In this document: piece after piece, positions 1 to 11,131 of the stretch | Layout: each line of letters opens with the position of its first letter | Numbering within the stretch: the first letter of the stretch is position 1 | Made by a program: the position numbers and the translations under genes | From: an uncultured delta proteobacterium | Lineage (GTDB): Bacteria > Desulfobacterota > Binatia > UBA9968 | Direction: 5' to 3' | Length of the DNA stretch: 64,000 nt | Assembly (NCBI GenBank): GCA_963804165.1 | Contig: CAWDPO010000035.1 | Location: forward strand, 1-64,000 | Notes under the pieces: model-generated | The model's database searches: none | Told to the model about the DNA's origin: nothing | What the model saw: the letters and a program-made list of their open reading frames with translations, nothing else

Positions 1-1
1 T

Positions 2-400
2 CGTTTCCGCGTGCCGAAGGACGATTATACGACCAACACGTACTACATTGATTTCTACCCGCACAAGAACGGGAAGCCGACACAGCCGGTGCCGCTTCGA
101 GTCAAAAAATTCAGAAGGAGTGTTCCTGGCGTCTACGATCGGGTGCAAGACGGCTGGTGGAATCTTCCCAACCGGGAGCAGGATCGCGTGGCGCAGGAAA
201 GCCAAGGCGTTATCGCGGATCGAACGAAGGAGCACCTGGCGACGTCGGATCAGGGAATCTTGATGCTGCGCAAGCTGATTCGCGACTCGATCGAAGCCGT
301 GCAGCAAGGCAAGGATCCGATCGGCGTGATTCGAGATCACGGAGACAACGCTCCGATTACGTTCGACTCGAGCCGGGATGCCGTCGCAGCGCTGAGCTGA
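2..400 (+). CDS. Rieske aromatic oxygenase alpha subunit, C-terminal part (5' truncated by window edge)
   Basis: Frame open from position 2; C-terminal motif QDRVAQESQG.IADR..EHLATSD.GILMLRK is paralogous to the end of 3645..4805. Confidence 0.8.
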   Translation, partial: RFRVPKDDYTTNTYYIDFYPHKNGKPTQPVPLRVKKFRRSVPGVYDRVQDGWWNLPNREQDRVAQESQGVIADRTKEHLATSDQGILMLRKLIRDSIEAVQQGKDPIGVIRDHGDNAPITFDSSRDAVAALS

Positions 401-487
401 AAACGAGGAGTCATGATGGTGCCGCAATTTGCCGGATTGTTTCCGTCTCTGTTCGGGCAGAGGTTTAAAAGTAGCGTTGAATTGCAG

Positions 488-690
488 TGTTGTCCTGAGG
501 CGATAGCCGAAGGATCTCGCCTTCGTCAGTGGACGAGAATGCGAGATTCTTCGCTGGCGCTCAGAATGACATCGAAGCGACTTTCGCGATTGCGACGCGG
601 TCTCTTGCGGGAAAAGGTTAGGGAGAGGGGGCAATTCTATCTTCAAGCACCCTTACCTCCTTCCTCTCCCGTCAAGGGAGAGGAGGTCGG
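488..690. repeat. Two adjacent REP-like palindromic elements
   Basis: TGTTGTCCTGAG..GAAGGATCTCGC / GCGAGATTCTTC..CTCAGAATGACA imperfect hairpin (488-571), then a GGGAGAGGG / CCTCTCCC-type element (602-686). Confidence 0.6.
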
Positions 691-711
691 AAAGCCCAGC
701 GGAGGTGATAA

Positions 712-1783
712 ATGCAGCGTGGGTTTATTGTGGCCGCTCGTTGCGGGAGTGATTTTCGCGGCGGTATCCCTCCTTACCACATCGGCACAGGCCCAGAAGC
801 TGGAACAAATTATTGCGGATGCGAAGAAGGAAGGGGAAGTCACGCTGGTCGCCAGCGCTTCGACGTTCGGCGGCAAGAAAGGCTTCGCCGAGCTGGAAAA
901 TCATTTTGCCAAGCGCTACGGCTTCAAGGCGAGGCTCAATCTCACCGGCGGTCCGAGCTTCCCGCAAGTCGCTGCGCGGATCATCACCGAGCAAAAAGCC
1001 GGCGCAAAGTCATCGACCGATCTTTATCTGGGCTCGGACGGCACCTATGTGACGATGCATCAGGAGAAGGCGCTGCAGATGGTCAATTGGTCGGGAATTT
1101 TTCCCTGGGTGACCAAGGAGATGGAAATTTTTCCGCAGGAGTCGGTGCTGGTTTACGCGTCGTTTCACGGCATTATTTACAACTCCAACTCGATTCCCAA
1201 GGACAAGGCGCCGAAGAGCTACGAAGATCTGATCGACCCAGCGTTGTCGCCGACCTGGGCGGGAAAGATGGCGATTCCCGCCTACATCCATTGGTTGGTT
1301 CGGGTGTCGCCGATCTGGGGCAGAGAAAAGGTTTTGGCTTTTGCGCGCAAGCTCGCGCCGTTGGTGGGTGGACGTTTGCGCCAGGGCGAGGAGGAGCGGA
1401 TCGTCAGCGGTGAGTTCCCCGTCATGGCGAGCACAGGCGGGGCGCTCGAAGCGATGTGGAAATGGCAGGCAAAGAGCGCGCCTCTCGTGGGTCTACCTGG
1501 GTCGACACCGGCGACGATGTCTTATTATCAACTGGCCGTGCCGAAGAACTCGGTCCATCCGAATATGGCCAAGCTATTAATCGCGCTGATGGCGACCCGG
1601 GAAGGCCAGAGTGTGCTGGAGAAGCATGATATGCGCAGTTCTTACCTGATCGACGGCACGCTGATGGCGAAGTACATGAAGGCCAACAAGCTCAAGCTGC
1701 AGGATCCCAAGGAACTCAACGAGGTGTTTCAAAAAGCGGACAGCAGTCTCGACGAGGAGTTGACGAAGATTTTATTAAAGTAG
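712..1783 (+). CDS. ABC transporter extracellular solute-binding protein (iron/polyamine-type family); probable extra base near 734
   Basis: GGAGGT RBS precedes ATG 712 (MQRGFIV). Removing one base at GGCCGCTC joins it to LVAGVIFAAVSLLTTSAQA (signal peptide) of ORF 413..1783; motifs IIYN, APKSYEDL, HPNMAKL. Confidence 0.8.
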
Positions 1784-1823
1784 AGACGGGTTTGAAACCC
1801 GCCCCAGAAGCCTACAACGCCGC

Positions 1824-3569
1824 ATGTCGACACAGGTTCTCACTATTGATCAACCGCGACCGCTGGTGAATTGGTCGAAGCTTTGGCTCCTGGCGATAGC
1901 CGGTTTCGCGGCGCTATCGATCCTCACTCTGCTGGGGATGATCATCTGGATGAGCCTGCGCACGGGCGTGCCCGGCCAGCCTTCGGCTTACACCTTGAAG
2001 AACTACGCGGCGCTGCTCGGCGATTCCTACACGTATAAGGTCATGACCACCACGCTGATTTTCGCAGCGGTCACGATCGCTGTCTCGGTTCCACTCGGAT
2101 TCATTTTCGCCTGGTTTATCGAACGGACCGACATGCCGTACAAGACGGTGGCGATGAGCGTGCTCAGCATCGGTATCTTGTTCCCGACTTTTCTCAAGGC
2201 GATGGGCTGGGTGTTCTTGCTCCATCCGCGGATCGGGGTGATCAATATTTTCATGATGCAACTCTTTGGTCTGACCAACGCGCCGCTCAATATCGCGACG
2301 GTTCCCGGAATCGGTTTCGTTCAGGGCATGACATTGACGCCGCTGGCGTACGTGATGATTTCGGCGGCCATGCGGGGCATGAATCCGGCACTGGTGGAAG
2401 CCGCCAACGTTCACGGCGTGAGCAAGTTGCGCACGCTTGTTCGGATAGAGCTGCCGCTCATCTGGCCGGCGCTCTTTTCGGCGATCATCTGGATGCTGAC
2501 TGTCGCCATCGCGGCCTTCGACGTGCCCGGCGTGATCGGCATGGCGAACAACATCTTTACCTTCAGCACGGCTATTTACTTCATGATCAACCCCAACGAA
2601 GGGCTGCCGCGCTACGGGCTCAGCGGGGCATACGGCACAATCATGGTCGGCGTGTCTTTGATCCTGATGATTCCCTACTTCATAGCGCTCAAGCAAAGCC
2701 ACAAGTATCAAATCATCTCCGGCAAATCCTACCAGCCGCGCCCGGTTGAGCTCGGGCGCTGGTGGTTGATCGCATGGGGATTGCTGGGATCGTATTTTTT
2801 ACTCGCTTTTGTCTTGCCTTTATTGGCGATTTTTTGGGTATCTTTGCTGCCGTACGTGCAGGCGCCATCACGCCAAGCGCTGTCGGTCATCTCGTTCGAA
2901 CGATACACCCAGATCGCTTTCGATAGCGCGCTCTTGGGAGCGGCGTGGAACACGGTGCTGCTCATGGTGCTGGTTCCGACAATCATCGTTGTCTTCTGTT
3001 CGGCGATCTCATGGATCGTGACGCGCTCACGGCTGCGTTGGCGCGTCGCGCTCGACGCCATCGCCTTTCTGCCCCATCCGGTGCCCAATCTCCTTTTCGC
3101 TCTGGCCATCGCCTATTTGGCCTTGTTGGTCTCCAACGTGATTCCGCTCTACGGCACCATTTTTGTCCTTATGGCGGTTTACGTTGTCTGCTGGATCAGC
3201 TTCGGCACGCGGGTGCTGAACAACAGTATGATCCAAGTGCATCGCGAACTGGAAGAAGCCGCGCAGGTCGGCGGCGTGTCCACTTTCCGCATTCTCGCCA
3301 AGGTGATCGTCCCGTTGATCAAGCCGGGACTGATTTACACTTGGATTTGGACTTCGCTCTCCGCTTACCGCGAGCTGACGATGGCGGTGTTTTTGGCGTC
3401 GCCGAAAAGCCAGGTATTGTCGACTTATATTTGGGGCCAGTGGCACGGCGGCGGACTCGGCGACGCGGCGGCGATCGCGATCGTCATGATCGCGGTGATG
3501 TCGCCGCTAGTGACGAGCTTTTGGATCTACGCGCGCAAGCAGCAGCACGTGGCGTCGTCGGCGACATAA
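1824..3569 (+). CDS. ABC transporter permease, fused two-domain FbpB-like
   Basis: About 12 hydrophobic segments and two EAA loops (LVEAANVHG, LEEAAQVGG). Confidence 0.9.
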   Translation: MSTQVLTIDQPRPLVNWSKLWLLAIAGFAALSILTLLGMIIWMSLRTGVPGQPSAYTLKNYAALLGDSYTYKVMTTTLIFAAVTIAVSVPLGFIFAWFIERTDMPYKTVAMSVLSIGILFPTFLKAMGWVFLLHPRIGVINIFMMQLFGLTNAPLNIATVPGIGFVQGMTLTPLAYVMISAAMRGMNPALVEAANVHGVSKLRTLVRIELPLIWPALFSAIIWMLTVAIAAFDVPGVIGMANNIFTFSTAIYFMINPNEGLPRYGLSGAYGTIMVGVSLILMIPYFIALKQSHKYQIISGKSYQPRPVELGRWWLIAWGLLGSYFLLAFVLPLLAIFWVSLLPYVQAPSRQALSVISFERYTQIAFDSALLGAAWNTVLLMVLVPTIIVVFCSAISWIVTRSRLRWRVALDAIAFLPHPVPNLLFALAIAYLALLVSNVIPLYGTIFVLMAVYVVCWISFGTRVLNNSMIQVHRELEEAAQVGGVSTFRILAKVIVPLIKPGLIYTWIWTSLSAYRELTMAVFLASPKSQVLSTYIWGQWHGGGLGDAAAIAIVMIAVMSPLVTSFWIYARKQQHVASSAT

Positions 3570-3644
3570 GACGAAAGAATGCGCAGCGACAAAAACCCGC
3601 CCAATCGCCACAGCGTCTGATGCGAAAGATCGGAGGCATTTGCC

Positions 3645-4805
3645 ATGACGGCCACCACGGGAACGCCGAGCGTGACGAGCGACGGTGTCGATTTCGTCCA
3701 CACCGGACCGGAAACGCTCGCCGGACGGTATCTGAGAATGTTTTGGCAGCCGGTTTATGTTTCCGAGGAGTTGAAAGCGGGTGACGCAGCACCGATTCAC
3801 ATCATGGGCGAAAGCTTCACGCTCTATCGCGGCGCGAGCGGCGCGCCATACGTCGTTGATTTTCGCTGCGCCCATCGTGGCACACAGCTGTCGGTCGGCT
3901 GGGTCGAGGACGATTGCATCCGTTGTTTTTATCACGGCTGGAAATATGACGGCGCCGGCCAATGCATCGAGCAGCCCGCGGAAAACGAAAGTTTCGCGCA
4001 GAAAGTAACCCTACGTAGCTGCCCCACGCAGGACTATTTGGGTCTGATCTTCGCCTATTTCGGGGCTGGCGCCGCGCCGCCGCTGCCACGCTATCCCGAA
4101 TTGGACGAGGACGGAGAGCTCGACGTCGGCACGTATATCCGCCACTGCAATTATTTCAACACGCTGGAGAACGGCGTTGACCAAGCGCACGTGCCGTTTA
4201 CCCACGCGAAATCGAACTTCACCAAGTTCGGTCTCAACTGGGACATTCCAAAAATCACCGCCGAAGAAACCGACTACGGCGTGGCGATGTACGGCACACG
4301 CGCCAACGGTGTCGCGCGGATCAACCATTACCTCATGCCGAACATTCTCTACATTAAAGGCTCGCCGGAGAGCGCGAAAGAAGGTTGGCGCGAAGCGTTC
4401 GCGTGGCGCGTGCCGGTCGATGACGTGAGCCATCGGAGCTTCAACATCGCCCTCGTTCACGTGACCGGTGACGCGGCGCTGCGTTTTCGCGAGCGTCAAC
4501 GTCGACACCAAGAGATGATCTCGAAGCTGCCGGCTGCCAACGAAATGGCGGCCGCAGCGCTCGCCGGAAAACTCAGCCTGCACGACATCGAGGAGCGCCC
4601 CGATCTGGTGAACATTCAAGATCACGTCGCCCAAGAAGGGCAGGGAGCGATTCCCAACCGACAAGCTGAGCGTTTGGGGCGATCGGATACGGCGATTATT
4701 CTCATGCGGCAGATCTGGCGTCGCGAGCTGCGCGCCTTGGCCGAGGGGAAACCTCTAAAGCAATGGTCGCGCCCCGAGCGATTGGTGGCAACGAGCGGCG
4801 TGTAA
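3645..4805 (+). CDS. Rieske [2Fe-2S] oxygenase alpha subunit (phthalate 4,5-dioxygenase/VanA-like family)
   Basis: CAHRG...CFYHGW Rieske ligands; ENGVDQAHVPFTH and QD mononuclear Fe site. Confidence 0.9.
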   Translation: MTATTGTPSVTSDGVDFVHTGPETLAGRYLRMFWQPVYVSEELKAGDAAPIHIMGESFTLYRGASGAPYVVDFRCAHRGTQLSVGWVEDDCIRCFYHGWKYDGAGQCIEQPAENESFAQKVTLRSCPTQDYLGLIFAYFGAGAAPPLPRYPELDEDGELDVGTYIRHCNYFNTLENGVDQAHVPFTHAKSNFTKFGLNWDIPKITAEETDYGVAMYGTRANGVARINHYLMPNILYIKGSPESAKEGWREAFAWRVPVDDVSHRSFNIALVHVTGDAALRFRERQRRHQEMISKLPAANEMAAAALAGKLSLHDIEERPDLVNIQDHVAQEGQGAIPNRQAERLGRSDTAIILMRQIWRRELRALAEGKPLKQWSRPERLVATSGV

Positions 4806-4816
4806 GAAAAATTCCT

Positions 4817-5893
4817 ATGGCAAGTAGAAATCGCTACGTGCCCCGGCTTCTCTGTCTGCTGGCGATCCTCGCCGGTTGGCCGTGTTCTGTTTTGGCCGAG
4901 ACCGCGGAGCAATTGATCTCGGCTGCAAAGAACGAGAAGGAGCTTTTCTTCGTCGCCGGTCCGACGACATTCGGTGGCAAGAAAGGGCTTGCGGAAATCG
5001 AGGCGGCTTTCAACAAGCGCTTCGGATTGAACGCCCGGATTCGATTCAGCGCCGGCCCCGAGATGAACGCGATGGCGGCGCGGGTGATCAGCGAATTCAA
5101 AGCGGGCGGCAAAGCATCGACCGACATCTATCTCGGCTCCCTCGGACAATACGCCAACCTGCTTCGGGAAGACACTTTGGAGGAAGTCACGTGGTCCGGG
5201 ATATTTCCCTGGATTGCCAGGGCGATGGAAGAGATCGTTGGCAAGAGAGGTGTGCTGGTTTATTCGTCGCCGCGCGGCATCATTTACAACGTGAATCTGG
5301 TACCAGCGGACAAAGCGCCAAAGAGTTATGAGGACTTGATCGATGCGCGGCTGAGCCGGACTTGGGCGGGAAAGATCGCGGTGCCGCCTTATCCCAATTG
5401 GCTTGTCGAGTTGTCGCTGATCTGGGGCGAAGAAAAGCTCAAAGATTTTACCCGCAAGCTCGTCGCGCTCAACGGCGGCTGGCTGCGCTACGGCGAGGAA
5501 GAGCGCGTGATCAGCGGCGAATTTCCGATCATGGCGAACATCGGCGACGCGCTGGCGACCATGTGGAAGTGGCAAGCGAAAGGCGCGCCGCTAGTCGCGG
5601 TGCTCGGCTCGACTCCCGGCGATGCTTCTTATTTTCATCTTGGCGTACCGAAGAACTCCGGCCATCCCAATCTGGCCAAACTCTTCGTCGCGTTCATGAT
5701 CTCGAAAGAAGGCCAGGCGCTGATCGAGAAACATGAGCTGCGCTCGTCCCATCTGGTGGAAGGTTCGCGGATGGCGAAATATCTGCTCGACAACAAGATC
5801 AGACTGCAGGAGCCAAAAGATTTATTCAATTTTTATCTCAAAGGCGGCGGCGCCAAGTTGAATGAAGAGCTGGTGAAGATGCTGAAGCAGTAA
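4817..5893 (+). CDS. ABC transporter extracellular solute-binding protein, paralogue of 712..1783
   Basis: Signal peptide; shared TFGGKKG.AE, STD.YLGS, APKSYEDLID and MWKWQAK motifs. Confidence 0.85.
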   Translation: MASRNRYVPRLLCLLAILAGWPCSVLAETAEQLISAAKNEKELFFVAGPTTFGGKKGLAEIEAAFNKRFGLNARIRFSAGPEMNAMAARVISEFKAGGKASTDIYLGSLGQYANLLREDTLEEVTWSGIFPWIARAMEEIVGKRGVLVYSSPRGIIYNVNLVPADKAPKSYEDLIDARLSRTWAGKIAVPPYPNWLVELSLIWGEEKLKDFTRKLVALNGGWLRYGEEERVISGEFPIMANIGDALATMWKWQAKGAPLVAVLGSTPGDASYFHLGVPKNSGHPNLAKLFVAFMISKEGQALIEKHELRSSHLVEGSRMAKYLLDNKIRLQEPKDLFNFYLKGGGAKLNEELVKMLKQ

Positions 5894-6097
5894 GGTTGAA
5901 GAGTTCCAATCGTTCAAAACGTTCCAATTGATTTTCGGGCGCTATTCTTATCCTTCCCAGAATTTTTCCCTCGCCCGCCTCCGGGAGAGGGTGAGGGTCA
6001 GGGCGACCGCCGGTCGCCCTTGCCAATTCCCCTCACCGTGCAAGCCGGTGTGAAGCAGTCCGTTGATCTTTCCTTTTCTCTCCGCTAAGCGAAGGGG

Positions 6098-6838
6098 ATG
6101 TCTTTCGTTGCGCGCTTTCGCCAAGGAATGAAAGCGGCGATTCCGATCTGGATCGCTTTCGTGCCGTCGTCGATCGCCTGGGGCATCGCGGCGCAGCGCC
6201 ACGGCCTGTCGTTCGACGAGGTCATTCTCATGTCCGCGTGGGTTTATTCCGGGCCGGCGCAATTCGCCGTCCTCGGACCGCTCGCCGAGAATAGATCGGC
6301 GCTACAAGTTCTGGTTGCCGGGTTTCTGATGAACTTGCGCTTCCTGCCGATGAGCACGGCGCTGGCGCCGTTTTTTCGCGGCGTACGGCGACTACCGTTG
6401 CTGATCTCGTCCCACGTGGTCAGCGCCAGCAGCTTTATAGTGCCGTATCTACAGTTTCAGAAAGAGCGCGATGGAACTATCGCCGATTCGCAAGGACCGG
6501 CGGGCGGCTACGCCAATCTGGCGTTTTTCTTAGGCGTTGGCGTGACCAGCTTCATCGTCTGGGTCGTCGGAACCGGCGCAGGATTCGGTATCGCATCGGG
6601 TTTTACCGCGGGATTCGACGAAGCGCTGCGATTTATTTTACCCGGTTATTTCGCCGGTTTGTTGGTCGTGGAAATGAAAGGTTGGGCGATGCCGTTGATT
6701 TGTGCCGGCAGCTTGATCGCCGCGCTGCCCGGTGCCCTCGCTAATCCCGCGTGGGGTTGGCTTATCATGGCGATCGTCGTGGCAACTCTAGTTTGGGGAA
6801 TCGAACAGTGGAAATTAGCCGCATCCAAATCATACTGA
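6098..6838 (+). CDS. azlC: AzlC family exporter permease
   Basis: MSAWVYSGPAQFA and NLRFLPMS motifs; hydrophobic. Confidence 0.8.
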   Translation: MSFVARFRQGMKAAIPIWIAFVPSSIAWGIAAQRHGLSFDEVILMSAWVYSGPAQFAVLGPLAENRSALQVLVAGFLMNLRFLPMSTALAPFFRGVRRLPLLISSHVVSASSFIVPYLQFQKERDGTIADSQGPAGGYANLAFFLGVGVTSFIVWVVGTGAGFGIASGFTAGFDEALRFILPGYFAGLLVVEMKGWAMPLICAGSLIAALPGALANPAWGWLIMAIVVATLVWGIEQWKLAASKSY

Positions 6839-7128
6839 TCATGGGAACGATGGCTTTCGCCGTGCGCGCCCTGCCGCAGCTGTTTTTCGCGGGACAGAAA
6901 TTTCCCGAGGCTTGGGATCGCTGGCTGCGCTATGTTTCCTATGGTTTGATCTGCAGCATTATCACGGTCACGCTGTTTATGTCGGGCGCACGCTTGGACA
7001 CCGGCGCGGCGCCGCGGCGAGCGCTGGCTCTGACCGTCACTATCTGGATCGCGCACAAAACCAAAAGCGCGGTGACAGGCATGATCGTTGGCGCGTTTTT
7101 GGTGTTGGTTCTGTCGTGGCTCCAATGA
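6808..7128 (+). CDS. azlD: AzlD family membrane protein
   Basis: GTG start overlapping azlC end; IILIMGTMAFAVRALP...WLRYV; small hydrophobic partner. Confidence 0.75.
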   Translation: MEISRIQIILIMGTMAFAVRALPQLFFAGQKFPEAWDRWLRYVSYGLICSIITVTLFMSGARLDTGAAPRRALALTVTIWIAHKTKSAVTGMIVGAFLVLVLSWLQ

Positions 7129-7321
7129 AAATCGTGCCAGCGCGGGTCATCCCGCGAGCCGCGAAGCAGCAACCGCTCCGGAGAAGAAATCCGCGCCGAT
7201 TTATTGACAGAAGTGATAGTGCGGTGTTAGCTAGGCTCGCTGCCAGGCCTATCGGCAGGCGAAAATCTACTCCGAAATGGCATCGAGAGCTTAGACGAAA
7301 ATTACCGAGCAAGGAGCCGTT

Positions 7322-8314
7322 ATGAACTTGATCGATTGCCACGCCCATTGTCTGCCGCCGACGATATTGGACGCGCTGCGCGAATTTGCGGCGGGCAGCT
7401 ACCTGGGGCGAAGTCTCTATGCGGACGAGGGCTTCAGCTCGCTGGAGAAGCACCTGACGTTAATGGATCGCTTCGGGGTGGAGAAGGAAGTGATCAACTA
7501 CGGCAACCTGCTCGTGCCGGCGGCGCGGGCGCGCAAATTGCCGATGGACCAAGTCGTCAAGATGGTCAACGACTACATCGCCGAAGCCTCGCGCATCGCG
7601 CCCGGCCGTTTCATCCCGGCGGCGGCGGTGGACCCGATGGGCGGCGAGGCGGCGATGCTGGAGCTCGACCGCGCTGTGGAGAGGCTCGGGCTCTTCGGCA
7701 TTTCTCTTTCGACCAATCTCGACGGGCGCGCGCTCGACGATCCGATGTACGAACCGATTTTCGAGCGGGCGAAAGCGTGGAACATGCCGCTCTGGGTGCA
7801 CCCCGGACAGGTGCCGCAAGCCTGGCAACAGGCACTCGGCCTCAACAATCGCTATCTCAACAGCGGCGTGGGTTTTCTGCTCGATGACATGCTCTGTCTA
7901 GTAAAAATGATCACCGCTAACGTCTTCGATCACTGGTGGGGCGTCAAATTCGTGTTCTGCCAGCTCGGGGGATTCTTGCCGTTCACGATGGGACGATTCG
8001 ATCAGCAGTTTTTTTTCGAGCGCCGGGTTTACGAGCAGGAGAAACGACCCATGCCGGAATATCTGCAGCGGCGCGTGGTGGAGTACTGCCAGGCTTTTTA
8101 CGTCGACACGCACACCGCCGACGCCTCGGCGATCCGCTGCGCACTCGATTGCATGAGCGCCGATCGCATCGTGCTTGGCGGCGACTATCCGATCTCGCCT
8201 CCGGAGATTGGTCTAGGCTATACCATTCCGCAATTGGACAAAGTTGGGTTGTCGCCCAACGACCGAGCCAAGATCGAGCGCGGCAACGCGTCGAAGCTGT
8301 TGAACCTGCCGTGA
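7322..8314 (+). CDS. Amidohydrolase_2 family protein (ACMSD-like decarboxylase/hydratase)
   Basis: IDCHAH, LWVHP and LGGDYP motifs; AAGGAG RBS. Confidence 0.85.
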   Translation: MNLIDCHAHCLPPTILDALREFAAGSYLGRSLYADEGFSSLEKHLTLMDRFGVEKEVINYGNLLVPAARARKLPMDQVVKMVNDYIAEASRIAPGRFIPAAAVDPMGGEAAMLELDRAVERLGLFGISLSTNLDGRALDDPMYEPIFERAKAWNMPLWVHPGQVPQAWQQALGLNNRYLNSGVGFLLDDMLCLVKMITANVFDHWWGVKFVFCQLGGFLPFTMGRFDQQFFFERRVYEQEKRPMPEYLQRRVVEYCQAFYVDTHTADASAIRCALDCMSADRIVLGGDYPISPPEIGLGYTIPQLDKVGLSPNDRAKIERGNASKLLNLP

Positions 8315-8508
8315 ATAGACTGCTGATGGTTTCAGATTGCTGCGGAAACTTCGGAATGCTTCGAGAGCCTCAGCATGAACGGAAGATAGCCAACGAAATA
8401 GAGATTTCTCCGTGCGTTCCTTCGATAAACTCAGGACAGGCTCTGAGCCGCGTCGAAGGACTCCGACATATTTTTACATGGACCCAGTTAGGATTCTGAA
8501 GGAGTAAA

Positions 8509-9273
8509 ATGAGTAGCGACAAACCCGCCGCTCTCGTTACCGGCGCTGCCACAGGCATCGGCCGCAGCGTCGCCATCGCGCTCGCCAAAAACGGTTATGA
8601 CGTGGTCGTCAACTACAGCCGAAGTGAGGATGCGGCGAAGTTTACGGCGCGGGAAGCCGAAGCAGCGGGAGCCAAAACACTGCTTTGCCGCGCCGATGTC
8701 AGCGACGACAAAGCGGTAAGAGCGATGCTTGCCGCGGCGGAAAAAGAATTCGGCCGGCTCGACGTATTGATCAACAACGCCGGCACCACCGTCGATATCG
8801 AGCCGAAAAATTTCGAGGAAATGACCGTCGAGGCATGGAATCGCGTGTTCTCAGTCAATGTGCTCGGTTTATTTCTCGTCACTCGCGCGGCAACTCCGCT
8901 GCTGAAAAAATCGCCCAACGGTTGCGTCGTCAACACGTGCAGCATCGCCGGCGTGCGCCCAAGCGCGCAACCGTTGCCTTACGCCGCGAGCAAAGCGGCA
9001 GTGGCCAACCTGACCAAGACGCTCGCCAACGCGCTGGGCCCGCAGATCCGCGTCAATGCCGTCGCGCCCGGCTGGATCGAGGGCGAGTGGATGAAAAAAA
9101 CGCTGGCCGGAAACTATGAAGGGCTGATGGCGCGCCGAGCGAAATACACACCGCTCAACCGTTGCTGCACGGAGGATGACGTTGCCGACAGCATGCTCAG
9201 CCTGATTTTGCATAACCGCTTCGTAACCGGCGAGATCATTATCGTCGACGGTGGCTTCGCGAGCACGACATAA
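8509..9273 (+). CDS. Short-chain dehydrogenase/reductase
   Basis: TGAATGIG, NNAG, YAASK, VNAVAPG and DGG motifs. Confidence 0.92.
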   Translation: MSSDKPAALVTGAATGIGRSVAIALAKNGYDVVVNYSRSEDAAKFTAREAEAAGAKTLLCRADVSDDKAVRAMLAAAEKEFGRLDVLINNAGTTVDIEPKNFEEMTVEAWNRVFSVNVLGLFLVTRAATPLLKKSPNGCVVNTCSIAGVRPSAQPLPYAASKAAVANLTKTLANALGPQIRVNAVAPGWIEGEWMKKTLAGNYEGLMARRAKYTPLNRCCTEDDVADSMLSLILHNRFVTGEIIIVDGGFASTT

Positions 9274-9283
9274 AAAATAAGTT

Positions 9284-9411
9284 GGTTCCACGGGTTCCAA
9301 TCGTTCCAAATGTTCCAATCGTCCGAATACGGTACAACTCATCGAAATTTCTGAAATGGTAACGTCTCCGAAAACCCTGGAACTACCGGAACGGTTGGAA
9401 CGTATGGAACC
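9284..9411. repeat. 9-bp-period palindromic element (GTTCCAATC)n...(TTGGAAC)n
   Basis: Tandem GTTCCA units on the left arm and inverted TGGAAC units on the right arm; single arms also at 5903-5928, 20596-20620 and 59530-59566. Confidence 0.7.
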
Positions 9412-9435
9412 GTCCTCGCGTAGCGAGGAGAGAAG

Positions 9436-11103
9436 ATGCTAGACGGCGTGGTTCGATTTCCCCCGGAGTTTGCTGCGCGCTATCGCGCCAAGGGATATTG
9501 GGAAGATTTGGCGCTGCGCGACACGTTCGACGAAGCATTCGTTCGCTCTGGAGACCGGGTGGCGGTCATCGATGGCGATCGGTCGGTCACTTACGGTCAA
9601 CTCAACGCGCGCGCGACTCGACTCGCGCTGAATTTGCTCGATCGAGGGTTTCCACCCGCTCGATCGCGTGGTCGTGCAACTACCCAACGTCGTCGAGTTC
9701 GTTTATCTGTATTTTGCCCTGCAGAAGATCGGTTGCGTCCCGATGATGGCGCTGCCGACGCATCGCTATCTAGAGATGAGCCAGTTCGCCGAACTGTCGG
9801 GCGCCACGGCCTGCGTCACGCTGGACAAAGCAAAAGATTTCGATTTCCGCGAGCTGGTCGAGACGAATTCGCGGTGCGAACAAAACGCGTAAAGTTCGGC
9901 AATCGTACTAGGCGACGCGCCCGCGGGTTTTCTCTCGCTCGACAGAATTGATCGAGCGGCCGAGCCAACGCTCGGTGAACGACCTTAAGAGCATTGGCAT
10001 CGATCCCGAACGATCCCGCGGTATTTCAATTATCGGGCGGTACCACCGGCATGCCCAAGCTGATTCCGCGCACGCACAACGATTATATTTACAATTCCAA
10101 GATCGCGTCGGCCGGTGACCGGCGTCGGCGACGACCAGCGTATTGCTCGATGTGCTTGCCGATCGCCCACAATTTGCCGCTGGCCTGTCCGGGGCTGCAG
10201 GGCTACCTCTTGCAAGGGCGCGCAAGATGGTGCTCTCGCACTCGACACGCGCGAGCGAAGATCGTCTTTCGCTTTGATCGAGAAGCATCGCGTTACGCAT
10301 ATTCGGTCGTGCCGGCGTTGCTCATCCGTTTGCTCACCGATCCACTCGATCGCAAAATTCGATCTTTCGTCCCTGCGAGTCATTCAAACGGGCGGACAGC
10401 GCCTCCAGCCCGAAGTGCGCCGACGAGCCAAGGAGCTAATTCCAAGCGTCTCCGTTCAGGAGAATTTCGGCATGGCCGAAGGCATGTTGATGTTCGTGCG
10501 CTTCGACGATCCGCGCCGATGTGCGCTGGAAACCGTCGGCCGACCGACTGTCCCGACGATGAGATCAAACTGCTAGACGACGACGACAACGAAGTCGCGC
10601 CCGGCGAAGTCGGCGAGATTCTGCTGCCGCGGGCCGTACACGCTGCGCGGCTACTTACGGTGCGCCCGAGCACAATGCGCGAGCGTTTTCAGTCGCGACG
10701 GTTTTTATCGTTCCGGCGATCTGATGCGTCAGCATCCGTCGGGAAACTACATGGTCGAGGGGCGCAAGAAGGATCTCATCAACCGCGGCGGCGAGAAGAT
10801 CAGCGCCGAGGAAATTGAGAATCTCATCCTCTCCCACCCGCGGTGCAAAACGTCGCTTGCGTGCCGATGCCCGATCCGGTGCTGGGCGAACGCATGTGCG
10901 CTTATGCAGTTCTGCGCGCCGGCAATACCTTGACGTTGCAAGAGCTCGTCGGTTTCCTCGTGAGCGAAGAGATTGCCAAGCACAAATTGCCGGAACGCTT
11001 GGAAGTCATCGAAGAATTTCCTTTGTCGCCCTTCGGCAAGGTTTCCAAGAAAGATCTGTCGGAAAGAATAACGCAGCGGCTCAAGTCCGAAGGTAAACTC
11101 TGA
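9436..11103 (+). CDS. EntE/DhbE-like aryl-acid adenylate ligase, split by multiple frameshifts (probably sequencing errors; could be a pseudogene)
   Basis: Fragments in alternating frames: [92 protein letters not shown]. Confidence 0.85.
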
Positions 11104-11131
11104 TTTCTCGATGGCGAGAGGAGAAAAGACC

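Noticed and set aside
413-711. N-terminal 100 aa of the 456-aa ORF 413..1783
   Set aside because: It translates through REP-like palindromes; the RBS and signal peptide point to a start at 712.
9436-11103. Siderophore (enterobactin/bacillibactin) biosynthesis cluster
   Set aside because: Only the adenylation enzyme is present. There is no isochorismate synthase, carrier protein or NRPS, and the neighbouring SDR is not demonstrably EntA.
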